Notes under the pieces: model-generated
What the model was told of the DNA's origin: nothing
Database searches by the model: none
What the model saw: only the letters and a program-made list of their open reading frames with translations
Program-made: the position numbers and the translations under genes
Assembly: GCA_026026165.1 (NCBI GenBank)
Contig: JAPEUD010000005.1
Location: forward strand, 558,001 to 622,000
Reading direction: 5' to 3'
DNA from: Sarea resinae
Lineage: Eukaryota
Length of the DNA: 64,000 nucleotides
Shown here: positions 12,356 to 24,739 of the stretch, piece after piece
Layout of the letters: each line of letters opens with the position of its first letter
Numbering within the stretch: the stretch's first letter is position 1

Positions 12356-15272
12356 CTAATGCTTCACCTTCCTCATCTCCAAATTCTCCGTCTGGCTCCT
12401 CTTCGGCGTTCCCATTGTCCACGGCTGTGATCTGGCTGAGTGTTTGGAAGCTCCACTATCTGCAGAATGAAGTCGCATGGCCTGCGGACTCACAAGTCCT
12501 GATCTCGGATCCAGACGAGACGAACTCGGTTCGCCCTCTGGTATGTCTGCCATACCTTCCTCCATTAGGCCGGGATCAATATCCACACTTGGTCCTCGGT
12601 GTCGTCCGAAAAATCTGTTGCGATGCGTGCTTTGACTGCTTCTCAGCCTCGATTCGGAAGAGGCCCACGAGGTAGTGCGCGCAAGATGCTCTTCGGATTG
12701 GTTCTCCTGTGACTCACGACCTCGAGATGGTGAGCCCCGGTAGAAATCTTCCAGCTTCGGACGAGCTCGATCTTCGTGAATATCTGCCATAATATCTCCA
12801 GAAGACACGTCTTTCATGCCAAGTGAAAAGTCGACGCGCTTGCTCATAGCAGAAACGGATTCCCCACGTGGCCGAGAGGCGTTGGATCTGCCGTTCCGGA
12901 GGATCGAAGGATGCGGCTGTAGATTGGAGCCTTCACCGTGGGCAGGAGCAACGATGGGTTGATCTCGCGAGAGTGACCCAGACCTAGGTCCTGGACCGTT
13001 TTCTGACTCATCGCGTCCGGGTGTATAGGAAGGTGGAGGTACATTGCTTTGCAGATAGACCGGGATATCCTCTCGCTGACCAGGGAGACGCATGCGCGGA
13101 CCTTCGATTCCAAGCTCCTGCATGGAGATCATCATCGCGCAAATGAACTTATTCCGACGCTGCATACGTAGACCTTCATTCTGCCAATTCGATTTGTAGA
13201 AGAACACTACATTCAGGGTGAGTGAGTGGACCTCGGTGACCTCGCGCAGCTCAGTTAGGATATTTCCTTGGAACTCGCGCTTCTCAGCCCTGACAAACTC
13301 GAGGAGGCGGTTGCGGAGCTCCTCAATCTGCTCTAGAGTTGTGCCGAATTTGATAATGATGGGTACTGCTTCAGCGAGGCCGCCGGATCGGCGTTGATTG
13401 AGAATGAATAGGGTGTTCAAATAGCTGTTTGGCGCTTGCACCACATGGCCTTCCATCTTCTTGAACTCCGTGTAAAGGAGAGAGATCTCCTTCACGAAAT
13501 AGTCATCGCCGCGCATGAGGGCTCCAGTATTACCATATACAGAAACGCGATCTCCAACGTCGAACGGGTGCTTGATGAAGACGAAGACAATCGACTGCAG
13601 AAACTCCTGCGCCGTAGCCGAGAAAAGCCACGAAAGAGCAAGTACACTCGAGCCAGCAGAGGTAAGAACACCGGCCGCAGAGGTCGATATCAAAGATATC
13701 AGAACCAATATGGTGACGACTATGATGACGAATAGTAGTACGTTATCCAATTTCGAGACCACTGAATCTAGATCCTTCAAGGAGGCGGTAATCGATTTGC
13801 GTTCTCGGCCAATCTCGACGCAGACAGATTCGAGCTCTTCCATTGAGATGTCGCCGTTAAGATCCTTGTCGAACATTGTAAATGCAGCATCAGCCTCGTC
13901 GTCGTTATCAAAGGCAGCTTTTAAGTCATCAGACACGACGGTGTCCGTCCCTTCCCGCATGAAGGTACGAAACAGTCGGCGAGCGAGGACTTGGCTGCCG
14001 CTTGTCGTATGTAAAAGCGTCAAGATGACCTGTTGAGGATGTGTGCTCTGCGTGATCTGTCTTCCGGTAAAGTCACCAGCAACCTTGCCAGCCACGTCAC
14101 CGATTTTGCTGAACGCTTCTTTCGTGTATTTGGGTGCCTGGCCAAGGACTTGCATAGGTGTGCGGGTACCTCCTGATGCGCGGCCGGAGGGTGCTTGCTC
14201 TTCAAATTCAGAGTCTTCCATAGTTATCTTCTCCTTCGAAAAGGTATAGAGCTTGACAAGACTCCCGATCTGAAACTTATTGATCTCGATGCGGTCGGCA
14301 TAGGTTCGTAGATGGAAGCTGATGGCGATCAGTTGGATGACTATTTTCTCGACCAAGTTCAGAACCGCTCCCACGAAGAGAGCAATAATAATTTTGTTCA
14401 ACGCCAGCTCCCAGCTCCGCGTGGCCGTGTTTCCGTTAATGTGATGATGCTTCATAGTCGGTAAAAAAGAAATCTCTATACCAAGCCACCAAAAGAAGAG
14501 AGTGGCTGGAACCTCAAGTTGTTTGCCCATGTCCCTCCACTTTTTGCTGTTGTTTGTGAACAAGCTCGATATGATGCCGACGGGCCAGGGAATGCATTTG
14601 GCGACGATCTAGGACATTCGTCAGCTGTGTTACAATGAGAGATACACTAAGATTGGTTGAACTTACTCTACCGGCCCAGAGTGTGAGCCATACAATCTCC
14701 AACCATACACTGAACCAAAGCAACTTGACCCCGCCCACGTTCGCCCTGGGATACTTCAGCGCCCCCACGAGGAGCGGAATTAACAGCAAGAGGACCACGG
14801 GTACTATGTAGGTCATGTACCGAAGCAAGAAGCTCGAATTATGTATCTTTTTGAAAAGCTTCGCGAAATTCGTCGAGGGATGCTCCGGGGGCCGGTACAC
14901 GGCAGTTTTCTCGTGGATCGGGTTCGTATTAACGTCAAACTCATCGATAGGTTCTGCGACGTGCGACCTAGATCGGTGCATAGACTTCGTGTGTGATAGG
15001 ACTTCCTCGGGATTTGACTGCGCATTTGATGCTACACGTTCTGCCCGCAGCACTTCCAAATCATCATTCAGACGATGGCTCTCTTCACGCGTCCGCGAGG
15101 GCGAATGTGGGCTCAAGTAATTGTCTGAGTCTTGCTGGGTGTCAATCGTAAGGTGGAGGTGATCTTGGGCGACTGGACCGTCTCCCACGTACGTCCCCTC
15201 ATCCGAGGACCTAGAATGATCGTTCTTCTCATCCTTTGGGCTTGTGTTTGGCACGTCCACGGGCGATGCCAT
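12356..15272 (-). CDS. MscS-family mechanosensitive ion channel with EF-hand (Msy1/Msy2-like), 2 coding exons
   Basis: Multiple TM helices, EF-hand [13 protein letters not shown], and MscS core [33 protein letters not shown]. Intron at about 14609-14670. Confidence 0.93.
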
Positions 15273-15317
15273 GCTGCCGGTCCCAATGTCGAATGCCAGT
15301 GACAGCGGCTCCAAGAG

Positions 15318-15494
15318 CTAGCTCGAAGGGAAAGGATTAGCGGTAGCTGAGGCCCTGCTTCTGCTAATTGAGGTCTCAAATGAACCTGGCTATTCCCAGG
15401 ACATTTCAATCTATTAATATCGGCCGAGTAGCAAGAGCCGTTGAGGAATTGATCATCAAAGGACGATGTCAAAACCGGGATTAAGTAAGCTCAC
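15318..15494 (-). other. Probable 5'-UTR intron of the MscS gene
   Basis: Minus-strand GTGAGC donor at 15494, GCTAAT branch site, pyrimidine tract and TAG acceptor at 15318, 45 nt before the ATG. No ATG in the upstream pyrimidine-rich exon. Confidence 0.6.
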
Positions 15495-18147
15495 GGAAGA
15501 TTGAGGAGATGACGTCGCAAGTCTAGAATGAGAAAAGGGAAGAATGAGATGCGGGAGTCAAGCTCTAGAGTAATAGATCAAGGCTGGGAATGTATGAGAA
15601 GTGTGGGGTTTGGCCGGCAATCAAAATGAGGGAGATCGCTGGACTATGGAATATACAGGAGGTGAAGTGGGTGGGGAAGGTGTGAGTTGAAGTAAGAAGC
15701 GTGAAAGCCAAGAGGAAGGAAGATGGATCTTTTTGTTCATTCGATATCAAAAGGACAGACGGGAAGAGGTACCGCAGTAGGGCGTACGTTGTACCTCCAG
15801 CACCAGGGGTGGGCGAGGGTTACAGGATCAATGGGGGTCTACTCATCGTACTGCGGAATCTGAGCATTGCATGGTGCGCGAGTCACGGAAGTACATTTTC
15901 GCGTCTGCCAAAGGGAACAGCCTGGAGGGAATGTCAGGGCGGGAGCCACGCGAATCATTGGATTTGTCGCCTTCCGGTCGTCTTAGATGGGCCTGGTCAG
16001 GGTCTCGGGGTCTCCTCGGTCAGGTCAACCACGAGCTGGAGCTGGAGAGTGGATAGCGGAGTACGACTACTAACATCGAGTAGTGGTAGTGTCCGCCTAA
16101 TGATTGAAGTCTGACCTAATGAAGAGGATGGGTCCGGTCTGGATCGAGATGATGAAGAGATACGAGTAGAGTACTCCTGAGACACCCTTCGGCTACTTGC
16201 ACGACGTCCTCTCGCCCATACCCAAGGCCGATCCAATGTGGTATCTGGTGGGTCTTTTCTCGGTACTGCTATTTCTGTTCTGGACCGAGAAGAGCGCCAC
16301 TGACGGATATCGCAAGCACGACAACACCAGAGGACCCAGAAAACGAGGATGATCTTCAGATATTTGATAAGTCACGGCGGAATGGGCAAGTCAGAGGGGA
16401 GCAGGCTGCTGTAATCATTACTCTATTGATGCCTGCGCGTGGCCTCGCCCTAGGGTAGAGACACCATTCGATACGAGCCCCTTGCCCGATACATATTGCG
16501 GGCTGCTGTCCATCATTCGTTCCCTGCTGCAGATCGAGATCTCTGGCATTGTACTCGAACCAAGTCACTTCCACTTGGGCCTCCCTCACATGCATTCTTT
16601 TCCCCTCGGCCGCTTTGGCAGGAGGCTTGTTTGCTTCCAAGCCTTTCTTGCGGTTCAGATCTCCTATCTTTTGGGAGGCAATGTGCAAGTGATGGTGACA
16701 TTGGTGTGCTTGGTTCGGCTTGAGGTGTTGCGTCTTGGGTCTTGGCTTTCTTGGCCGCGTTTCGGCCCGTCATTGGCGCGTTTGGCACTCGCTCACACGG
16801 CCATGGGGGTCGGGGGTCTCTTCTGATGCAGGGGCGACGCCACCACGGTCTTCGTGTTCCCCTTCGATCTCCAGGGCTGTTTCGCTTCACTCTGACGCGC
16901 GAACAGTAAGGGATCTGGTAAGCTTGCAATCTCGGAAATGCTTGAAGTGAGGTCCACGGGTCTCATCCTGGATCTCTTCTCTCAGTCCCAAGTGTTCAGA
17001 CTTCCCTATCACCTTTGCCTTGCAACCAGATTAACCAAGCGAGCCTCATCCCTGTGCGGCTCACTGCTGAGACACGTTGGTTCTCCACTTTTCTGGTCGC
17101 GAGCTTTTGGCTCAAGATCTTGACTCCATTCTAAGAGCCTCGGCTGGCGACAGCCGTCCGCCTACCTACGTTACGACTTCAAAAGTCAGAGTCGGTCGGA
17201 GATGACGCGCGTTCAAATAGCAATGCTGGAAATGCTGATTGTTTCGGCCGCAGTTGATTGAAATCAGCAATTCGTTCTATCTACTCCTCGTAAGGCCTAC
17301 GGCATGGAGCTCTAGGTAGCTCACGATGTTTCTTACAAGTTCCTTGTCTGCTTAAAACTCAAAGGTGACGTTTCAGATACTGTGACTATGGGCTGTGGTT
17401 TTCAAAGTGAATGTGAACCAAATGAATTCATATCAATTAACATGCTGGCAAATTTGGAAGTACAATCCCTGAAATACAAAAATCTCGCTATTGCTGGCCA
17501 ATAATCGACTCTTCGGAACTTTTGACTCTGACGGCACGCTCGATATCAGAATACTTTAGAAGATATAGACTATATATTGCGTGCTTCACTTTTCCGTCAA
17601 AATGCTCTCTATGATTATGTCAGTTCGGCTTTACGCGAACACCATTTGAATGATTTCTATCTTCTCGTAGGTAGTAAGGTCAGATTGCACTCCTACAGTA
17701 TGCTTTTGCAAAACCCCTCCCCTTCAAGCTCTACAATAGAAGTGCTTTACAGCATTGCCGATAATGAAGACGTGACTGCTTTTGTTAAATGATCAACAGT
17801 GCATCCAATTCTCGATATTCGCACATTGATACTCAAATGGCCAATATGTGAAGTACGAGGTAGGTACTGAGACGGCACGCTGCACACTGCACGTGCTTTG
17901 CACAAAAGCGGTGAGGATAAACAAGACGATAAACAAGCGAAATCCCCTGAATGATAGACCCCACTACCTAGTACTACTCACCCCATACTTTCCACAACGG
18001 TCACCCCCAAACCCTACCTTACCTCCTTCTCAACACCACCCCCGCCTGCTATACGAGACGCCATCGGACGGACTTGGTTTCGTTGCCTCAATTCCTCTCA
18101 TCACTTCAATCACCATTCTCACCAGATCTTGAGTTGCCTTTGCAATC

Positions 18148-19865
18148 ATGAGGGGCGAGGTACGTTGCCCCGCTTCCTTTGTTGACACGCTTATTTGACG
18201 CGTCAATACCCCCGATACCTTTCACCTCCGCGAAGCCACAAGAGGACTGACGCTGCTTGGAATTCCAGGTTTGCCACATCCATATCGGACAGGCTGGTAC
18301 CCAGCTTGGAAATAGTGCTTGGGAACTGTAAGCTGAGATTCCCTGGGGTACTATTCTTTTACTGCCTCTCTAATCTCTCATCGCTCAGCTATCTTCTCGA
18401 GCACGGTCTCAAAGCTGATGGGCGTCCCGACCCTGAAGCAGATGTCATCGATACCGGCTCCTACGAGACAGTTTTTACGGAAACAGGCAGTGGAAAATAT
18501 GTTCCGCGTTCAATCTTCGTCGACTTGGATCCTTCAGTGAGTTAAAGAGAATCGAAAGGGCGTGCGAAGCGGCTAATTACGGCATAGCCAATCGATGAAA
18601 TCCGCACTGGACCATACCGTCAGCTCTTCCACCCGGAGCTTCTGATCAGCGGGAAGGAGGATGCGGCCAACAACTGTAAGTCTCAGCCGCATCAGCCGGG
18701 AAATATAATTAACGAATTTACAGACGCGCGTGGCCACTACACGATTGGGAAGGAGCTTGCTGACAATGTGGTGGACCGCATCCGCCGCGTGGCTGGTACG
18801 AGAGATGGATTTTGATACTATAGACATTTTCACTAACCACTGGCGTAGACAATTGTTCTTCTCTCCAGGGATTCTTGATTTTCCACTCCTTCGGTGGCGG
18901 TACTGGATCTGGTTTCGGTGCCCTTTTGATGGAACGCCTCTCTTCCGACTACGGAAAGAAGTCTAAGCTAGAGTTTGCCATCTACCCGGCCCCGCGTGTG
19001 TCCACCGCAGTAGTTGAGCCGTACAATGCTGTTCTCTCAACCCACAGCACCATCGAGAATTCCGACTGCACATTCCTGGTCGATAACGAGGCTGTATACG
19101 ATATCTGCCGCCGCAATCTCGATATCCCGCGCCCCAGCTATGAGCACCTCAATCGCTTGGTGGCACAGGTTGTCAGCTCGATCACCTGCAGTCTTCGATT
19201 CGATGGCGCTCTAAACGTCGATCTCAACGAGTTCCAGACCAATTTGGTACCGTATCCTCGTATCCACTATCCACTTGTCAGCTATGCTCCAGTTATCGGG
19301 GCTTCCAAGAGCTCCCACGAGAGCTTCAAGGTCTCCGACCTGACCTTCCAATGTAAGTATTGACTATCGCTGTTTGAGACATTTCTCACGCGTATTAGGT
19401 TTCGAGCCAAACAACCAGATGGTTGTCACGGACCCAAGGAACGGAAGATTCATGGCTGTTGCCCTTCTCTACCGTGGCGATGTTGTGCCTCGCGACTGCA
19501 ATGCTGCAGTTGCCGCGGTCAAGGCCAAGACCTCCTTCAACCTCGTCGAGTGGTGCCCTACTGGCTTCAAGCTGGGCATAAACTACCAAAAGCCCGTTCG
19601 CCCCGAAGGAAGTGAGCTTGCACCTGTCGACCGCTCCGTCACTATGCTCTCCAACACCACCTCCATTGCGGAAGCCTGGAGCAGACTGGACCATAAGTTC
19701 GATCTTATGTACTCAAAACGCGCCTTCGTGCACTGGTATGTAGGTGAGGGTATGGAGGAAGGCGAGTTCTCCGAGGCTCGGGAAGATTTGGCAGCTCTAG
19801 AGAAGGACTACGAGGAGGTAGCCAGTGACAGCCTGGAGGAGGATGTCGAGGAGGGAGAATACTAA
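18148..19865 (+). CDS. tubB: Alpha-tubulin, divergent tubB/alpha-2 type, multi-exon
   Basis: Spliced N-terminus [30 protein letters not shown], with the extra Gly typical of the Aspergillus tubB class. GGGTGSG signature and C-terminus EEGEY. Confidence 0.96.
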
Positions 19866-20261
19866 AAATCTTGCTGCTCCTCGGCGCGTTCTTTTTGGCT
19901 GTCTTACATTTTTCCTGGACATCCTTTCATGACCTCCCACTCCTTTCAGTGGCGCCATACCACGATCATACCATTCATCCAGACTGCTAGTTCAGCGCAA
20001 GCGGATTCCCATTTCCCTTTCTTTTTCATCTCGTTCTGACAGATGAGACTATCTCTGTCTTTGTCGAGTTTAATGCCCCGAAATGTTGACGGATTCATGA
20101 AACAATTTCACCCACCACAAGGGTCCTCTGCTGCGATAATGCTTGAATGCTTTGACTTGTGTGATTCTGTTATATTGCTTTTGCCTCAATGTAAAGCTGG
20201 GCCTTCTTGGAGGACAACCAACGCTAGAAGTAGGTACACAGTATTCAGTCGCAACAGTTGA

Positions 20262-21197
20262 CTATCTTCCCCCCTGCGCCTTCTTTCCCCCTTTCCTCTG
20301 CCTCCCGTCTCCCTTCCTGCTACGTCCTGTACTAGTCCCCACATCGCTTTCGCTCGGAACGCGAATATTGCTCTCCATGGCCTCCTTTATCAATTCTTCC
20401 TGTCCCCGCCCTTCCACATTCACGCTACTGTTCTGATACGTCGTCTTGGCAGTATCATTGATCACGCTCGCCGGGTCAGCGTTCCCCGGATCGGCGACCC
20501 CTATGATAGGTATCGAGGATGCTAGCCATTGCTGGAATGGTTTGGGGATGAAGGTGCCGTCGCTGGCGAACCAGGTATTGAAGGGCGCAGAGAGGTGGAT
20601 GGTCTGTGTCTTGGTTCGGGACGAGGAGGGTGTGTAGGTGGCTGTGAGATGGTAGACAGGGACGTGTTTTTTGGTCGAGGATTCCAATGTCAACTGCCAT
20701 ATTGCATTGTCAGCAGATTCTTTTTCTAGGAATTCCACTTCTTCGTATCTCTTCTTCCTTCTTGGGTTCGCCTTCAAGGCGGTAGATAAAGAGATAGTAA
20801 TTACCTTCACGCCGTCCTTGCTCGTCCCAACAAACACCTTCCCCTTCTCCACGCCCCAGATCCAGACCGTCAGCGCCGTGTTCAGGAGGAAATATGCAAT
20901 GACCGCCCATAGCGTGTAGCTTTTGGTCGCATCGAAGCCTAGCCGGTAATCGAAGTAGAAAGTCGCTCCCGCGATGGCGACGGCGGCGTAGCCCAGAGCT
21001 AGACGGACGTCGGTGTAGAGGTGGGATTGGGTGAAGGTGAGGGAATTCAGGTAGTTCGGGAGCGCATCATCGGTGGTGTTCTTGAGGTCTGGAGAGAAGC
21101 GGAGAGAAGGGTCAGCTTCTTTCTTCGGGGTTGACGCTGTGAACGAGATACGAATTGGCTTACCGGAGAGAGAGTAGACGGCGATCTTGGAGCTCAT
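20262..21197 (-). CDS. SPC2: Signal peptidase complex subunit 2 (SPC25 family), 3 exons
   Basis: MSSKIAVYSLS|DLKNTTDDALPNYLNSL..DVRLALGY, two TM helices, WFASDGTFIPKPFQQWL. Introns 21163-21089 and 20804-20694. Confidence 0.9.
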   Translation of the reverse strand: MSSKIAVYSLSGKPIRISFTASTPKKEADPSLRFSPDLKNTTDDALPNYLNSLTFTQSHLYTDVRLALGYAAVAIAGATFYFDYRLGFDATKSYTLWAVIAYFLLNTALTVWIWGVEKGKVFVGTSKDGVKVITISLSTALKANPRRKKRYEEVEFLEKESADNAIWQLTLESSTKKHVPVYHLTATYTPSSSRTKTQTIHLSAPFNTWFASDGTFIPKPFQQWLASSIPIIGVADPGNADPASVINDTAKTTYQNSSVNVEGRGQEELIKEAMESNIRVPSESDVGTSTGRSRKGDGRQRKGGKKAQGGR

Positions 21198-21720
21198 GGT
21201 GCCAGATTGAAGCCCGCCAATGCGAAGACGGGGAGACGCTTGGAAAAGGTCTTGGTGCGGGCTCCAGCGCCCGTCAAGGCTGAGGTGAAGGTGGAGAGTT
21301 TGAGGCCGGAGAGGTGTTGATACCTCTGCGGAATGCACAATCATGAAAGGTGGCTATTATTCGTGCTACGCACCACACCCTTGTCCGCGGTGTCGCGTAA
21401 CCCCAGATACTTCAGTAGATATTGGATCCCATGGATTGATTTCCCACCTCACGCACGCACTGCGCTGCATTGCCGGGTAAGCTGCGTGTGCGACTGTCTC
21501 AGATACAACCACCGATAACCTCGTCCAGCTAAGAACCTTCTGTATACGACATTCACTACCACGAGTGCTGGCCATGATCACTATTGCGACGGGAGCCATC
21601 AACCTCTCCTCTCGTCTCTTCTTTCTTTCATAGAGACACCCAGCTGTATAGTATCGGACTGGGAACCTGCCATACCTACTTGCGCGTCGATTGAGAATCA
21701 ATCCTTCGACTGCCGCTATC

Positions 21721-22756
21721 ATGGCGCAACAGATGGTCCAGACCATCAATCGGGATCCAGCCCTCTTGTACGTGGACCCCTAGCATACACCTGCTTGGAA
21801 GGCATCTCTCGTGTTTCTTGCTTCGCTGACGATATAATCTGCGCCTGAATAGCTACTGGATCCTCTTCCCTATCACCGTCGTCATGGTATACCATTCTTC
21901 CCCCGGTCCCCCCCTCCCCCCAATCCTCAGAGCTACAATAGCTTACAGGCCTCGCCCAATAGATCCTCACCGGCGTGCTTCGTCACTACGCCACAATCCT
22001 GATGCAATCGGCTCCCAAGAAATCCGACCTCAAGGCCCTCCGCGAGCAACGCTCCCTTCTCCGCGGCATCAATCTCCGCAACAACAGCGCCGTCATCTCC
22101 ACCCCGTCCTTTACTTCCCGGAAGAACTACCTCGTCCCTGCCTACAAGAGCGGCGCGTTCCTCAAAGAGCCGGAAAATAGGGGCAAGCCGGCGACGAACC
22201 CGATGACGGACCCGGCGGGCATGGAAGCCATGATGGGGATGATGAAGGGAAACGTCGCCATGATGGTCCCTCAGACCCTGATCATGAGTTGGATCAACGC
22301 CTTCTTCTCGGGCTACATCATCAGTACAGTCTCTCTTCCTCTCGCAAGACAACAGCCGTGCCACGACCACTACCACTAACCCGTCGCGCTTGCCTTGCCA
22401 ACAAAACAGTGAAACTCCCCTTCCCCCTCACCATCCGCTTTAAATCGATGCTGCAATCCGGCGTGGCCACGTCCGACCTCGACGTGCGCTGGGTTTCCTC
22501 GCTGTCGTGGTATTTCCTCAACCTCTTTGGTCTGCAGAGCGTCTTCACCTTCATCCTCGGCAACGACAACGCCGCCAACCAGATGGCGCAGCAGATGGCG
22601 CAGATGAACCCCGGCGCGGCCGCCGCCGGGAGCATGTTCGGCCCGGGCCAGGACCCGGACAAGATGTTCCTGGCCGAGGCCGAGAACCTGGAGGTCATTG
22701 AGCACTGGACCGTCCTGGACGGGGTGGAGAAGCGGCTCCTGGCCGGCGTGGCTTGA
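21721..22756 (+). CDS. EMC3: ER membrane protein complex subunit 3, 4 exons
   Basis: RDPAL..WILFPITVVMILTGVLRHY, NPMTDP..MMGMMKGN, IMSWINAFFSG, KLPFPLTIRFKSMLQSG, LDVRWVSSLSWYFLNLFGL. Confidence 0.95.
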
Positions 22757-22887
22757 TGGAGGAGGAGGAGGAGGAGAGGCAGATTGACCCACGTAGCGAA
22801 AGAGAGCGAGCTTCATGACATGGAGAGGGCTAGTGTCTGAAATACCTATGTAACTCTGCCAGCCAGCCGGCGGGCTGCGAGGACACC

Positions 22888-23148
22888 GTCTCTCTCTCTC
22901 TCTCTCTCTCTGTACTATACTTTATAGATATAGATGCAAAATAGTAGTTCGCACAGTCGCAGCCCCTGCATCATCCCGACTCACTCTCACTGTAGATGGG
23001 AAATATCATGCCCCATTTTCGTGTTTGTTTCTCCATGCAAGCAAGCAACCCACCCTCCCCCTCTTACTCTCTCGCTCAATCATCAAGAACCTCACCAGTC
23101 CCGCATCAAACATACATACATACATACATACATACATACATGTATACA
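22888..23148. repeat. Microsatellites (TC)n at about 22889-22911 and (CATA)n at about 23111-23141
   Basis: Direct reading of the sequence. Confidence 0.85.
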
Positions 23149-23668
23149 TATACCTCAGCAACGCAGCCTCCCTCCCTACCTCTGGTACTCATCATCACAC
23201 CGGCAAGCCCACGTGGCAAATACTTAACTTAGGAGAAGTGGGGGGGTGGTGGAGGCCGATGAACGATCACGCACATGGCATTTTTTTTTTCTTCTTTTCC
23301 GAAAACCCCCCCAAAAAAGAATTTCGGGGATTTTTCATATATACGGGAGATTCTATGATTTAACTAGGTAACGTACATGAGAGTAGCAGATGATGATACC
23401 CCTCCTCCTCCTCGTCCTCCTCCTCGTCGAGCCGAAAAGTCCGAAGATGTTTTGATGAGTTGTTTGATGACTGCCTGCCTGCCTAAACGCCGCGCTGGTC
23501 CTGGTGGTGACCGATTTTGGTGAAAGGAGCATAGTATGTGGGTGGGTGGGTGCTGAGTGGCTTCAGGAAGCCGAATCGCCTGCCCCCCGGCCTTCCAGGC
23601 CGTGAAAAACGAGTGGTGGTGGATGGATATATGGATGGATGGTACATGGCGGATCGGGAAAGAAGGGG

Positions 23669-24739
23669 TCAGTTGTTGTGAAAGATGAAATTGCGGAGAG
23701 AGTCCCAGTGGTCGGCGTTTGTGTAGCTATAGTAACCAGGCGCGTTAAGATTAGCAAAGACCAAGAACCACATGGAAGGGGGTTTGGAGGGCTGAACGTG
23801 CCAGGAAGACACACTGGAGACTGGGCCAAGAAAAGCAGGAAACGGACAAGGGCAAGGGCAAGGACATACATATATTTCATACTGTTCCTCAGACTCGGCT
23901 GAATGGTTTCCGGATGCCATCTGAAAATATACATGACGCACGCCCAGCTCAGGCTGGCGAACACGGGCCATGCGTTGCGGGTCACTCGACCCCCAATATC
24001 TGGTATGAGTCCCTTTGTTTGCGGAGAGCCCGGGATTGAGGAGGGGCTAGGATGCTGAACAGAGAGTTTGGCGAGAGCAAGCGCTACCCTCGCAAAGACG
24101 TAGATGCATATCTGCTGGTTGACGCTACTTTGCGGACCGCGGCCGAACACAGTGTAGCCGCCTACAAGACCGGCAATGAAGGTGTCGTACGGCCCTTCGT
24201 GAGGTTTATCGTCCGACGCACTGCTGGAGGCGCTGGAGCTGAGAATGGGGAGATAGCGTAGGAGAAGCATGGTGAGTTTGTAGATTGTTGCATAGGTGGC
24301 TAGGTTGCGGGCGTGTTGGCGGGTAGCTTTCAGGACTAGCCGTATCTTGTCGCGGAAGCTGGATAGAGGGTTTGGTGTTAACAGGGTGGAATTTGATCGA
24401 CTGTCTGATTGCGAAGGTCGCAAGGAGGAGAGAGGCATGGAAGATACGTACGAGGCGGAGCGGAAGAGGAAGACCATGCTAGAGAGGAGTCAGTATAGTA
24501 ATAGAGCCTGGCTGGCAAGGTTTCTGAGAATGATTGGAACAAACTTACACCAAGGCATGTGGGAATCGCACTTTGGCACCGTAAACGGCGCCGTTACGAG
24601 CGGCCTTGACGACGGAGAGGATCTCGGCATTGTTAGGATCTAGGATGATTCGATTGAGGACATCCTGTGTTTGTGATCCAGTCAGAGAAGAAGATCAGAG
24701 ACGACAGCAGAAGGTGAGACGCACTTTCAAGCCGTCCAT
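23669..24739 (-). CDS. PXMP4: Peroxisomal membrane protein 4 (PXMP4/PMP24, Tim17 family), multi-exon
   Basis: KAARNGAVYGAKVRFPHALVMVFLFRS, ATRQHARNLATYATIYK, SSVNQQICIYVFARV, WPVFASLSWACVMYIF and terminal exon ..ADHWDSLRNFIFHNN. Confidence 0.92.

Noticed and set aside
15318..15494. Intronic box C/D snoRNA in the MscS 5'-UTR intron
   Set aside because: A TGATGA is present, but I found no downstream CTGA box D or terminal stem.
11542..24451. General enrichment of stop-free 3n introns (also COA3 intron 2, 108 nt, and a PXMP4 intron, 93 nt)
   Set aside because: With dozens of short introns in the window, several such cases are expected by chance.
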